Below, in pieces: positions 39,487 through 50,196 of a stretch of DNA of 64,000 bases (position 1 is the stretch's first letter; every line of letters begins with the position of its first letter). The notes beneath the pieces are model-generated. The model was not told the DNA's origin, searched no databases, and saw only the letters and a list, made by a program, of their open reading frames with translations. The stretch lies in the NCBI GenBank assembly GCA_030295235.1, contig AP026135.1, positions 186,001-250,000 on the forward strand. Direction: 5' to 3'. Source of the DNA: Fistulifera solaris (taxonomy: Eukaryota). The translations under genes were made by a program, and so were the position numbers.

Positions 39487-41197
39487 TCATGCGTACTTTT
39501 CGGGATATTTCTTTACATGAGCTTCCAGCTGAGCTTGCTGGCGCTGGAGGTGAAGAGGCATGTCGTGGTACACATCGGTAAAGAGCTCGCGCATGGGCAC
39601 CGGAGGGCGTCGCTCGGCCTGTTCCATCGCCTTCACCACGTCATTACGTTCTTGCTTTCGCATGACTTCCACATCTTCTTCTGAAAGTAGATCATGCTTT
39701 TTGAGAAACGCTTCTAGGCGGTTCAGTGGGTCATGATTCTCGGTCGTAGTTAGAACCTCATCGACGCTTCGGTATTGCGATGAGTCGTCAGAGGTGCTGT
39801 GATGTCCTTGACGATAAGTCATAGCTTCAATGAGGACTGGAGCATTTTTGGAAAGGGCGTACTGTTTAGCCTCCCGGACAGCAGCATGTACCGCGAAAAT
39901 GTCATTGCCATCCACACGAACCCCCGCCATTCCGTAGCCCGGTGCGCGAGAAATTACCCCATCTCCAGCAAACTGATCCGACGTCGGAGTGGAAATTGCG
40001 TAGCCATTATTACGGCAGAGGAAAATAGCTGGCGCATTCAGCGTCGCTGCAAAATTCAGCGCGGAGTGAAAGTCTGGTGTGGAAGTTGATCCATCACCGA
40101 AGAAGCAGACTGCCACATTCGGTTCGCCTGCCAGTTTAAGCCGGTAAGCTGCTCCAACAGCGTGTGGCAATTGTGTCCCCAGAGGACTTGACACGGTGTG
40201 ATAGTTTAAAGCTCGAGAGCCGTAATGAATGGGCATTTGACGTCCTTTGCCAAGGTCAAGTATATTCGAAAAGCACTGGTTGGTGAACTGCTCGAGCGTA
40301 AATCCACGCCACATGAGAACACCCTGTTCCCGATACTGCGCAAACACCGGATCTCCCACCTCCAAGGCCGATGCGGCTCCCATAAGAATCGCTTCTTCCC
40401 CGCGGCAAGTTAAATAGAACGAAATTCGACCCTGTCGCTGCGCATTGAGTAAAATGTCGTCCATCTGACGCAGACGAACAATTTGACGATGCGCTCTGAG
40501 TAATGTGTTGTTGGAATTGGTGTCGACGTAAGGATATTTGCTAGCGCGCAAGAGGCCGCTTTTCTGGATTTCATCGGACTGATAGGGATGGGCGTGGGCC
40601 AGGAAAGCCCGAAACTGGTCCAAATTATCCTCTACGTCGTCGGGAGTTGTCACGTCGGGACGAAGGACCGGTTGATTGATCCCGTCGTAAGCCGGGTCTC
40701 GGATCTCTCCATCTTGTTCCTGTTGTCGATTGAAACGAAACGGCGACTTTTAGACAAATGATGGGAAAAGTGTTCTCGTTCGACAAGTGTTCAAAAACAA
40801 GGGTTCGCAATGCATTCTGTGGTCGTCGTCGATGGGTACTTACCATGAGTCGATAAACGGGCCAAATACCTCGAGGCGTATCATCTTCGGGTTGAATCAA
40901 TTGCAAATTCGACGTAATAGGAATAGGAACCGTTCCGGCATAGGAAAGTGTCATTTCTTGAGCCGCGGATGTTCGCTCTTGAATCGAGGGTGCCAGACGT
41001 GCTGGATGATAAGGAATCATAGCCCGCTGTTTGTAATCATGGATAGTACCCCAATCACTCTCTACTTCTTCTTGCGGTAAGGGACGAGCAGATGATAGCG
41101 AACGATTCTTTGAAGCACGACTGGCGCTCTTGGAACTGAAATGCCGGGGCGTTCGAAGAACCTTGATAGGATGAATACTAAGAATAGGAATTCTCAT
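39487..41197 (-). CDS. BCKDHA: Branched-chain 2-oxoacid dehydrogenase E1 alpha, mitochondrial; intron about 40720-40843
   Basis: QRQGRISFY, GKGRQMPIHYG, a FGDG..S..DF..N TPP motif, RNNGYAISTP and TYRQGHHSTSDDS, with an Arg/Ser-rich presequence. Confidence 0.95.
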
Positions 41198-41844
41198 GAT
41201 TGCGTTCTTGTTTTCCTTTAATTCTTATCTTGCTCTTCAAATGATGGATGAGAAGAACAATGTCTTTGGATGAAAGTTGATGATTTCTTTTGACAGAACA
41301 CCATCGAGAAAGGGAAAAAAGAACAAATTGGGGAAGAACCGTTTTGAAAATCTGCGACGTGATGGGCCCATCGAGGTGTCACATCCTGACTGTTTGTAGA
41401 GGGGGAAAGTAGAGCGCTGGAACGCGGAACGACCGTTTTGGTGACCTGCCGTGTCGGATTGCGACATATCTGGCTAAGTATCAGTTACCTGTACGAGGAG
41501 GCGAGCGAGCCGCACTCCTAACCCTTTAACGTCTGTCCGACCACCGCTTCTGCTCGAGGAGAATGAATTGAGACAAAGTAATTCGTAATTGAAACAGCAC
41601 GACTTTCAATAAAAGGCGACGTTAGAAACTACACTTACAGCTTGTTGTATCAATCAAAGCTACTTTTACGTCAAAACAACGATTTAAAAAGGTCTAGTTC
41701 TATTTTGGATTAAATTGGAAGTGAGATCGCACAAAGGAAATCGGTATGTACAAAGGTTTTCAGCTCCGATGCCGAGCTCAGCGATGGCTTGCGAGACGAC
41801 TCTCGTTCTTTCTATATTTCTCACACAGTATCGTTGACAGAATC

Positions 41845-42021
41845 ATGGTATTTCGAGGACAAGATGCGTGGAGACAACATCGTCTCTTTACGAACTTACA
41901 TAAATTTCCGATCCCCGGCTTTAGCAAGGCCGTCGCGATTTATGGTGCCTTTGTCTGTGTTGAATATGCTTACAAATTAGCCACCATGCCGGCTTCCGTC
42001 AGTCATGGGCATCATCATTAG
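41845..42021 (+). CDS. NDUFB3: NADH:ubiquinone oxidoreductase B12 subunit-like (58 aa)
   Basis: DAWRQH..F...PGF..AVAIY..FV.VE followed by a His-rich C-terminus, as in plant and algal B12 subunits. Confidence 0.7.
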   Translation: MVFRGQDAWRQHRLFTNLHKFPIPGFSKAVAIYGAFVCVEYAYKLATMPASVSHGHHH

Positions 42022-42152
42022 ATGGAAAGTTGCTAAAATAAGAAAAAAATTGGAATGGAGCGGCTTCATCAAGCACTGGTGCCTCGATCCCTGTAATAAG
42101 AAATTGTCGATGCTTTACACTCGTTTCTAGAACATCCTCTTCTATAAGTTTA

Positions 42153-43663
42153 CTACGTTTTCCAACGCACCGTCACCGCTTGACCCGCCAGTTGACATGC
42201 CTCTATGGTTTCACGTTCCATCTTGTCTGCCAAATCCTCCGGAGGGAAACCCGCCATGACCACAAATTCTTTACCGCCCCGGGCTTCTTCGTTGGTTTGC
42301 TGGAAACAAAAACAAAGTGAGAATTAGAATCTGGACGAGCTCGTGCGCACATGTAACTTACCGCAATAAAGGCATACAACACTTTGACACGATCGCCGGC
42401 CGCAAACTTCCGGATGACTCGTTTGCCATCGGGCATACGAATTTGGATACGAGCTCCATCCGCTGGTTCCTCTCCCACCGGCATATTCAATAGTTCATTG
42501 TGAATCGATGGCTCTTGTGCGACTGGCTTGGAACCCATGAGCTTGTCGTCATCCTCTTCGTCGTCGTCATTGACATAAAGAACGGAACTATCGTCATCAT
42601 CATCATTCTCCGCACGACTATCCTGCAAACTCGCACGCATGGCGGCTTGCAGTTGTTCATCTTCGGACATGTCTTGCACCGGTCGTTTGACACCAGCCGG
42701 ACGAGCGGCTTGCGGGGGACGATCGAACGAGTTTCGTGAACAAAAATCCATGGCCCTTTCCGCGAAATAATCGGCCGTCATGGGTTGTTCCATCGTCCAC
42801 CCTTCCTTTTTCCACACGAGTCGTCCCGTACGTGGATCAATGATGGCGACATGAGGATAATCGGTGACTTTGTATCGTTCGACGTACGTTTGTCCTTCGG
42901 GTGTAATGTCTCTCTATTAAAAAAGCAAGAGTGAGATGGACTTCGAGACACCGGTAGGTTCATTCCAGCATTCGCTTACCTGTTGCCAGAAAATGAATCC
43001 TTCCCGAATGAGATTTTCCACTAATTCATCTCTCCAGACATCCCGATTCAAAGCATGACAAGCAAATTCATCGTCTTTCTGTATATTGACCAGTAACCAT
43101 CGCTTGGAGTCTTTCGCCATGGTCCGGGCTCCTTGAAAACCTCCTGCTTTGTGCAATAAATGATCCGGAGGAGCAAACATATCCGTTAAATTGGGTGGAT
43201 TGTGTTGAATGATTTGAATTTCATCATCGTCGTCATCATCGTCCGTATCCATATCCTCTTTTTCTTCGTCTCGAGCGTACGCTGCCGCCGCCGCCGCTGC
43301 ATTCACCGCCGCACGGACATCGGTCATCCGACTGGAGGAGCCACCAAACGCGGTTTGGGCGAATTGTTCTTCCATCATGGCACTCATCAATTGAAAGGTC
43401 GGATCTTGATGCAACAACGAAGTATTATCGTCCATCAATCGCATCGTACGTGTTTCATCAGGAGCACGAATGTCCTCGGCAAATGGATTTGCCGCCGTCT
43501 CATTTCCACTACCGCCGCCTTGTTGATGTTCGAGAAACAAACTCACGGCGGTTTCTAAATTCCCACCACTCATTTCTAGATAACTGGTTGCACTGGAAGG
43601 ATCAGCACTTCCGGTAAAAGCCAAAAATTGGGAAACGAGTTCATCATCGACAATCGTGGACAT
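42153..43663 (-). CDS. UBX domain protein (UBA-like, UAS, UIM, UBX; UBXN7-like); introns about 42915-42979 and 42300-42361
   Basis: FLAFTG..YLEMSGGNLETAVSLF, KRWLLVNIQ..FACHALNRDVW, SEDEQLQAAMRASL, RIQIRMPDGKR and GFPP. Confidence 0.9.
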
Positions 43664-44104
43664 TGTGTAATCTTTCCCGTATGCGGCGAGAATCGTCAGT
43701 CAAGCTTCGATTGCTTCCGAACAAGCGAGCAGGCAAACAAACAAACAAAATCTTTTGTTCTACAGGTTGTTGAGAATGACGGGAACTCTGACTTCTCTTT
43801 TGTGCAGATATCGTTTCTTATTGTACTAGTATGCATGACAGAATGATCCTCTCGCACTTTCGACCTTCCGTGACCTTCGTTTTCGAAAGGAGCGGGTTGT
43901 TCGTTGTTCGTCAACCGTCCTGTAGGTACATTTTTTCTATGTGTCGCATCAATAACTACTAATAATTACAAAACAACATTGAAACGAATGTTATGCGCGC
44001 ACCTCGATCGTCGCGTCGATCGCGTTGACTTTTTCCATTAGTTTCATTTCCTGGATTACTTCATCCTCCTCCCCATAGGATCCTATTACCGCTGGCTACG
44101 AACC

Positions 44105-45247
44105 ATGACCAAAGGAACCCCTAACAAATCGTCAGCCAAACAAAGTCCCTATTTCCGCCACAAACGTCGCCAAATATGTGAGAATAGTCCTTACTTTCCC
44201 AACGCCCCTTCCTCGCCGTTCGGCGCGATGCAATCGTTGGGATCCTTGTGGCATTGTCTCGGTGCCAGCATCATCGCGTCAAACTCTGGGACGTTGGTTG
44301 AGCCGAATATTCCAACCGTTCATCAGATTCGTAACACGTTGCGTCATTTCGAAGCATGTCCCGTATTTCAGAAACGTTATGGGAAATCATCCTCTTCGTT
44401 CGACTCCAACAACGACAGCCGCTGTCTTACCGACAGGACACAACATCTCGAAATAAGCGTGCGGCATCTGTGTACCTACCGATGTTATTATCGTGCGTAT
44501 GCACCGGCACGGGCGTGGTGGGCTTTGCGAGAAAAAGTACAAAGCCAGACTTGTTTACCGATACAATCGTTGCTGCAGGGATGGAGTTGTCTATTGATGA
44601 TGCCCTCGACGAATAAAGTAGTCTTTGTCGATCCATCGCATCGTGTCGTTTGGAACGAACAGGATGTTCTGCATCAAATCTTGGGTCCCCAACGAAGAAT
44701 CCAAAGAAGAGTGGAACGATATCCGGTGTTACCCCAACGTATCTGGTTCGACTCTACGACCGACGAACGTCCCACGAAACGATCCAAATCCTCGTGTCCC
44801 CGACGAATCGTTTGTACTGACTCTCCCTTTGGTTTGTTGGAAGAACTCTTTGTCGAAAATCCCTTCCAATTGTTACTTTCTACCATTCTTTTGAATCGAA
44901 CGACCCGCATTCAAGTCGATCCTGTCTTGTACGAATTGTTGCAACACTGGCCGACGCCTGAATCGTTGTTCCAGGCGGAACTTGATTCCTTGATTCAAGT
45001 AGTACGTCCCTTGGGAATGGGTTACCGCCGTGCGATGGGTCTTTTACAATTTGCCCGTGATTATCTGACGCAAGATAATTCAAAGTATCAGGATGTCATG
45101 GAATTGTATTATTGTGGCCCATATGCTCAAGATGCATACCGGTTGTTCATTCAAAAGAATGCTTCGATCAAACCATTAGACCATGCACTGCGTGCCTACG
45201 CTAGATATCAACGTGGGGTACTAGCGGACCAAGAAAAGAAAGCATAA
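44105..45247 (+). CDS. MBD4-like HhH-GPD DNA glycosylase
   Basis: SPFGLLEELF..NPFQLLLSTILLNRT, WPTPE, RPLG, CGPYAQDAY and KPLDHALRAY, which retains the catalytic Asp position. Confidence 0.88.
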   Translation: MTKGTPNKSSAKQSPYFRHKRRQICENSPYFPNAPSSPFGAMQSLGSLWHCLGASIIASNSGTLVEPNIPTVHQIRNTLRHFEACPVFQKRYGKSSSSFDSNNDSRCLTDRTQHLEISVRHLCTYRCYYRAYAPARAWWALREKVQSQTCLPIQSLLQGWSCLLMMPSTNKVVFVDPSHRVVWNEQDVLHQILGPQRRIQRRVERYPVLPQRIWFDSTTDERPTKRSKSSCPRRIVCTDSPFGLLEELFVENPFQLLLSTILLNRTTRIQVDPVLYELLQHWPTPESLFQAELDSLIQVVRPLGMGYRRAMGLLQFARDYLTQDNSKYQDVMELYYCGPYAQDAYRLFIQKNASIKPLDHALRAYARYQRGVLADQEKKA

Positions 45248-45467
45248 GCATTAGCGAAAAATAATTCATCGGAACTACGTTTGATCGAATAACAGTTTCG
45301 CATACGATCTGATACAAATAGACTTTACATACAGGAGGCGCGTCAATGGTTATGAGAAAGAGGCATTGCTGCAATCGAAACAAAGTAGATTATCTGTATA
45401 AGCAATCAACCTTCCAAAGAGCAGGTGGAGTGGAGATCCCCCTCAAGCTTACAATGTTCCTTGCGCG

Positions 45468-45851
45468 TTAGAGTTTCCATAAACGCAGAAACAATTGTGC
45501 TTCACCGACTGTCGTAGTCGTCGGTTTCTTGGGTGGTTTCGGGTATGGTTCGGAGCGACGTCGTGTCCGACGTTTCGGTACTCGTACTTTTCCACCGCCT
45601 TGCGGTATTGTGACTCCTTCTTCGTCTGGAGCTTCCGGTTGAATCACCACGTACGGTACGGGAGGTGCTTCCGTTTCATCATCCTCAGTTGGTATTAAAC
45701 TGGCCAATGCGGCGAGGGCAGGATGCGCCGCAAAATCGGCCGGCAGACTTTGCATGAACAGTGGACAATGAGTGTAATTGTCGTCGTCGTCGTCGTTGTT
45801 GTTGCACGAGAGCTCCTCGTTCACTTCTGCGGTGGTTACTTCTGTGTTCAT
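45468..45851 (-). CDS. Hypothetical small protein (about 127 aa)
   Basis: ATG at 45851; contains CPLFMQSLPADFAAHPALAALASL and a C-terminal GEAQLFLRLWKL. Confidence 0.6.
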   Translation of the reverse strand: MNTEVTTAEVNEELSCNNNDDDDDNYTHCPLFMQSLPADFAAHPALAALASLIPTEDDETEAPPVPYVVIQPEAPDEEGVTIPQGGGKVRVPKRRTRRRSEPYPKPPKKPTTTTVGEAQLFLRLWKL

Positions 45852-46590
45852 TGTGAATTCAATTGATACTGTATGCAAAGGATAATAGATGATATGTACA
45901 AACAATGATAGCAAGAGAAAATACTCGGAGTACCTGGGAATGTGTGGTTCTCACATTCTTGCTCACATTTACGCAAGCGACGAGCCGAGCGACGATACCA
46001 GTAGTGAGGGAAGGAAAAAGGAATTGGCGAGGATCCATGACTCGTCTGGCTTTCGTCAGACAAAGTGGGACTGAGGCCAGCGAATCATCGCAAACACGTT
46101 TCTTACTTATTTTCCTGTGTGACATTACGGTACCGGTACCGCAATGGAGATTGGGGCCAAGAAAGAATACGCGCGCGTGCACCTTACCTGGTACGATTTT
46201 TTTTTTGTTTATTTTTTACTTTTTACTTGTTCTGATGCCGATGATCTAGTTTTCAAAGAAGAGGACTCCCACACCGTAACATAATCCATTAACAACTCCG
46301 ACGTATAATTTGTTTTGCACACTATGTGGGGATAACGGAAGGACTCCCACGAGATCGTACAATCATCATCGGGAATAGAATACTGACTGGTAGCGCTTGA
46401 ACAGTTTATGTCCTCCGTATGCGAACGTCAGACAAATAATTGAGACGGCAGTTGCTCTTGGTGTCTTGGTGTAGAATATATTTGACTACGTAAGAACGTA
46501 GGCACGAAAAACATTTGACAATCTATCGACTGAGCTGTATACTACCAGTAAGGATATTCACTTTGGGCGATATGGCCTTTGTTAAAAGCA

Positions 46591-47855
46591 ACAACAACTC
46601 CCACCATTTGTGATTCAATTTAGACATGCAGGCGTAGCTTTCAACAGGAGATGAGTATCTAGTGCTGGAAAAGAATACGATTAGTAGAGGCCCAACCGAT
46701 TTGCGATGTCTAAAATGAAGAGGAATGAAACAAAGTTCATGTGCTCACAATTTCGTTTCGGTCCAACTTTCGATCGGCCCTTCCCTTGCTTTCTGTATCT
46801 ATCCAGTCGCTTTACCAGTCTCGCTTTTCTATCTTTGATCATGCAACTCTCTGCTGCTTTGATGTCCCTTCTTTCTTCCACGGTGGAACCGACTACCGCT
46901 CCCATTGCCATTGGTCTTCAGTGCGGTAACGTCCACTTGCATCAACTCAGTGCACCTGCCCAGCAGTTGGTCGCACAGGCCTTGCAAGATTCCTTCCAAA
47001 CGTCGTACAAGTTGCATGACAAGGGTGATTCGTTCCTCGCGGATGTTCAGTTCGATCAGTCGCATGCCACGAAAGAATCTCTCAAGTGGAACGGAACTTG
47101 GAACTACGGTTGCCGTTTGTGCCCCAACGATGATGATTCGACCTTATCGGCTCCGTTTGCTGCGTTTGTCGCCGATCTGGATTGCACCAACTGTGCTCCC
47201 ACGTCCATGGCCGGTGTCCGTGCCTGGGAGAACGCGTTGACGACGATGCTTCGTGCCACGAATCACGCCGAGTTGAAGAAAGCTACCGCGTGTCAGATCT
47301 CGTTGCACGATCCGGAAGAGACAGTCGTGAATGTGGAGATTGGTGTCAAGTGCGACAACACGGACTTTGCCGGACTGGGTGCGAAAGCGTCGGGCTTTTC
47401 GGCGCGTGCCTTGGAGGATTCCTACAACAAGGTCCATGAGATGCTGGGTGACAACTTCTTGGCGGGTGTCTACTTTGAGAGTGCCCATACGAACCAGAAA
47501 GCGGCGCTCAAGTGGAACGGAACCTGGAATTACGGATGTCGTTTGTGCCCTAATGATGATGACAGCATGCTGACTTCGTTTGTCGGAGGATACGCTGGTC
47601 AGTTCGGATGCAGCCAGTGTCACGAGGAAGGCAAGATGTTGTTCACGAAGGAGACTGCCTTGCACGCGTGGGAAGCCGAGTACACGGCGGCCTTGCTCGA
47701 GAGTCAGTTCGACGAGTTTGTCCACGCCAAGAATTGCAAGATTGATATAGTCCCGGTCGATGCTGGAGTGGTCTTGAAGGCTTGAGTAGCGAGGCCAAAT
47801 TGACGGGAAACATCGTTATTCGGTTGCGCCAGGCACTTTCAAAATACATAAGAAT
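46591..47855. repeat. Left arm of a 1265-bp inverted duplication
   Basis: Reverse complement of 50197-51461 (coordinates sum to 98052). All mirrored ORF-track translations are identical. Confidence 0.95.
46841..47785 (+). CDS. Two-repeat Cys/Asp-motif protein (314 aa from the likely ATG), possibly secreted; copy 1
   Basis: Strong codon bias and two internal repeats of about 145 aa, each containing LKWNGTWNYGCRLCPNDDDS. The hydrophobic N-terminus MQLSAALMSLLS is weak. Confidence 0.85.
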   Translation: MQLSAALMSLLSSTVEPTTAPIAIGLQCGNVHLHQLSAPAQQLVAQALQDSFQTSYKLHDKGDSFLADVQFDQSHATKESLKWNGTWNYGCRLCPNDDDSTLSAPFAAFVADLDCTNCAPTSMAGVRAWENALTTMLRATNHAELKKATACQISLHDPEETVVNVEIGVKCDNTDFAGLGAKASGFSARALEDSYNKVHEMLGDNFLAGVYFESAHTNQKAALKWNGTWNYGCRLCPNDDDSMLTSFVGGYAGQFGCSQCHEEGKMLFTKETALHAWEAEYTAALLESQFDEFVHAKNCKIDIVPVDAGVVLKA

Positions 47856-47988
47856 CTATATTATTTATATCATCTTCGGGTTGTCGTTTTGCAGATTAGG
47901 ATGCTTGACCTCGCACTTTTATGCAAACAAAGATTGTTTATGATTTGTCATTCCATTGATAAACGGCATTCTACTTCTGCTTATTCTT

Positions 47989-49525
47989 TTATCGTGACCC
48001 ATTGTCAAATTCTGTTTTCGCTTGACTCAATGCGTCGAAGATTCGTTTCGCCAAAAACCGCTTGTCCGCATCGAGATGATGCGTTTTATCCGGATGGACC
48101 ACACGCGACGCCTTGTGAAAAAACTTCTTCAACTTGCTGTCATCTAAAACATCCCCAATACTAATCGGCTTCCAATCCGCCCCCGGCCACAAGATCGTGT
48201 GCAAAGACGCCAAAAGAGCCCGCAGTTGCTTCTTCTTGCCGTGCTCTTCACTCCAGGCCTTGATGGTGGGTTCTAACTTTTGCGAACCATGTCTTCTTCG
48301 GCCTCGGCCGCCTTCTTTTTCTGTTCGCGATCACGAATTTCTTGCAAGGCTTTTTCTTGTGATTCGCGCATTTCGTTGACACGCTGGTGCACAGCGGCCT
48401 GTACCGTCGCCGATTTTCCAATCGCATTGGCGGGATCCAAGGAAATACCGACTTCTTTCTTCTTGGGAGGCAGATTGTTACTTCCCGGTGGTTCCGACAC
48501 TGAAGTTTGAAGACTACCGCTACTCGTAGTTCGTGGATCTACTTCAACCCACCGCTGATCAATTTCATCCCAGACACGGTTCGCTTTCTGATTCTTTTGT
48601 GCATACTCTCGCTTCAAACGTTCGGCACGACTTTCGTTCATGGACGCCGGTGAGGACTGCGAATGATGCAGGGGACGACGTGCAGGGGGGAGCACTACTG
48701 GGCGGTCCAAAGTCCATGAGGGAGGCTTCTGGTTGTCGGGGTGGCGGTGGTGTCACGCGGGCGGCGGCTGGCGGAGGTCGACTGGCTGGTGCGGGTGGTG
48801 CCGCGACTCGCTGTCCTTGCGAAGGCGCTGGCATATTAGGCCGCGAACTGCGGGGTTGCGGTGGAGGTGCCGACGCCTTGTGACCTGGACCTCGACCATT
48901 CGGGTGTTTGGCCGAGAATTCATCGTGTAATTTGACCAGATCGAGTAATTTGAATGCAACTATGGGCACTGGTGGTCCTTCCTCGCCACCCAGATCTCCC
49001 GTTACGGCCTGAGACATGGCTTTCCCCAACGATTGAAAGGCACCTCGTGCCGCCTTCGCTGGATTCGAATGTTCGTGTTCTTTATGAGGAGCAAACAATT
49101 TTGAGAGACGATATTGCGATGCCTGTTTGATAGGAAGCTTGGCATTTTCGTCCTGAATATCCCACCAACTAAAGGTCGGCCCATCCGAAGTAGTGGGTTC
49201 GCCCGGAACTGGCTTGTCCTCGACGCAGACGCGCCAGTGATATCCATCGGGTCCCAAATGACTCAATCCTCGCAAAGCAGCGCAATTTCTTGTTTTAAAA
49301 CAGTGTCGAGAGAAAGAGGAGAGAAAGGAATGGACCATTAATGAGAAGCGACAGAAGACGTTGAAATAAAACAGAAAAGACTCACTGTTTGACACTGGCC
49401 AAGGTCAGTCCTTTCGGACCGGACACGTTCATCGTGAACGCATTGAAAAGTGAATCACACGAGTCGGATTCGGAATTCACAATCGTGTAAAGCACGACGA
49501 CCTTATTGCCTCCATTTGCTGACAT
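47989..49525 (-). CDS. Auxilin-like J-domain protein; intron about 49289-49385; frameshifts near 48690 and 48275
   Basis: C-terminal LRALLASLHTILW..WKPI..DV..LKKFFHKASRVVHPDK..AKRIFDALSQA is an auxilin/Swa2-type J domain, preceded by a Pro-rich linker. Confidence 0.88.
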
Positions 49526-50196
49526 ACTGTTGTTAAAGGAAAAAGTGAGACAACATATATTCTGAAAACGTCCATAGGATGACTGACTTTATCGTTTTCG
49601 ATGATGATGAACAACAAGTTGACGAAAAAACGATACATTCGTGAAGCTTCCGTCGAAATTTACTCACATAACCTGTGATTATTGAGCGAGTCGCTTGTTT
49701 ATCCAGTTTTTGGTTTGTCTAGAAACACTACGTTGTTGACTTTTGACCTTTCCAATGGAAGCATTGTTGCCATGGTGGTGCGTGCAGCAAAAAAAGCCGC
49801 AACGGTCGAAAAGGAATGTCTTCAGAGACCCGGACCCTAAGAGGCCACTCTTGGAGTACCGCGGTACCGTTAGCTAGTTTGTGTTACGGTACAAGTAATA
49901 CGTACTTTGTACGATGTACGATGAAACATCTTGATCAAGAGGAGTCACGAGTCAAAAGGAATACTAGTAACTACTCCGGTAGTCACACCCGTTATCCACA
50001 AGAATACAAGTACTCCGGTAGTGGGGACGTTTCGCATGGACAATGGACTACTTTTGAATTAACCACTCAAGAAAAGCAAGTTAGTGACTCGTTCGATATA
50101 TCTCTTGCAGATCAACCGATTTAATTCTTATTCTAATCAAGTGGAGAAAGAAAATACAGAGTTTGCAAATATGCAGAAGATACGGATTAAAATAAA

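Noticed and set aside
46706..46840. 359-aa version of the duplicated protein starting at the upstream ATG
   Set aside because: The extension is pyrimidine-rich and UTR-like; ATG 46841 (ATC ATG CAA) gives a more plausible N-terminus.
47144..47725. 193-aa antisense ORF (and similar antisense ORFs over V-ATPase B, Lhcr and RPL27)
   Set aside because: Shadow ORFs produced by strong codon bias on the coding strand.
49816..50124. 102-aa ORF inside the inverted-repeat spacer, and a 75-aa ORF at 51802-52029
   Set aside because: Short, motif-less and located in promoter or UTR-like sequence.
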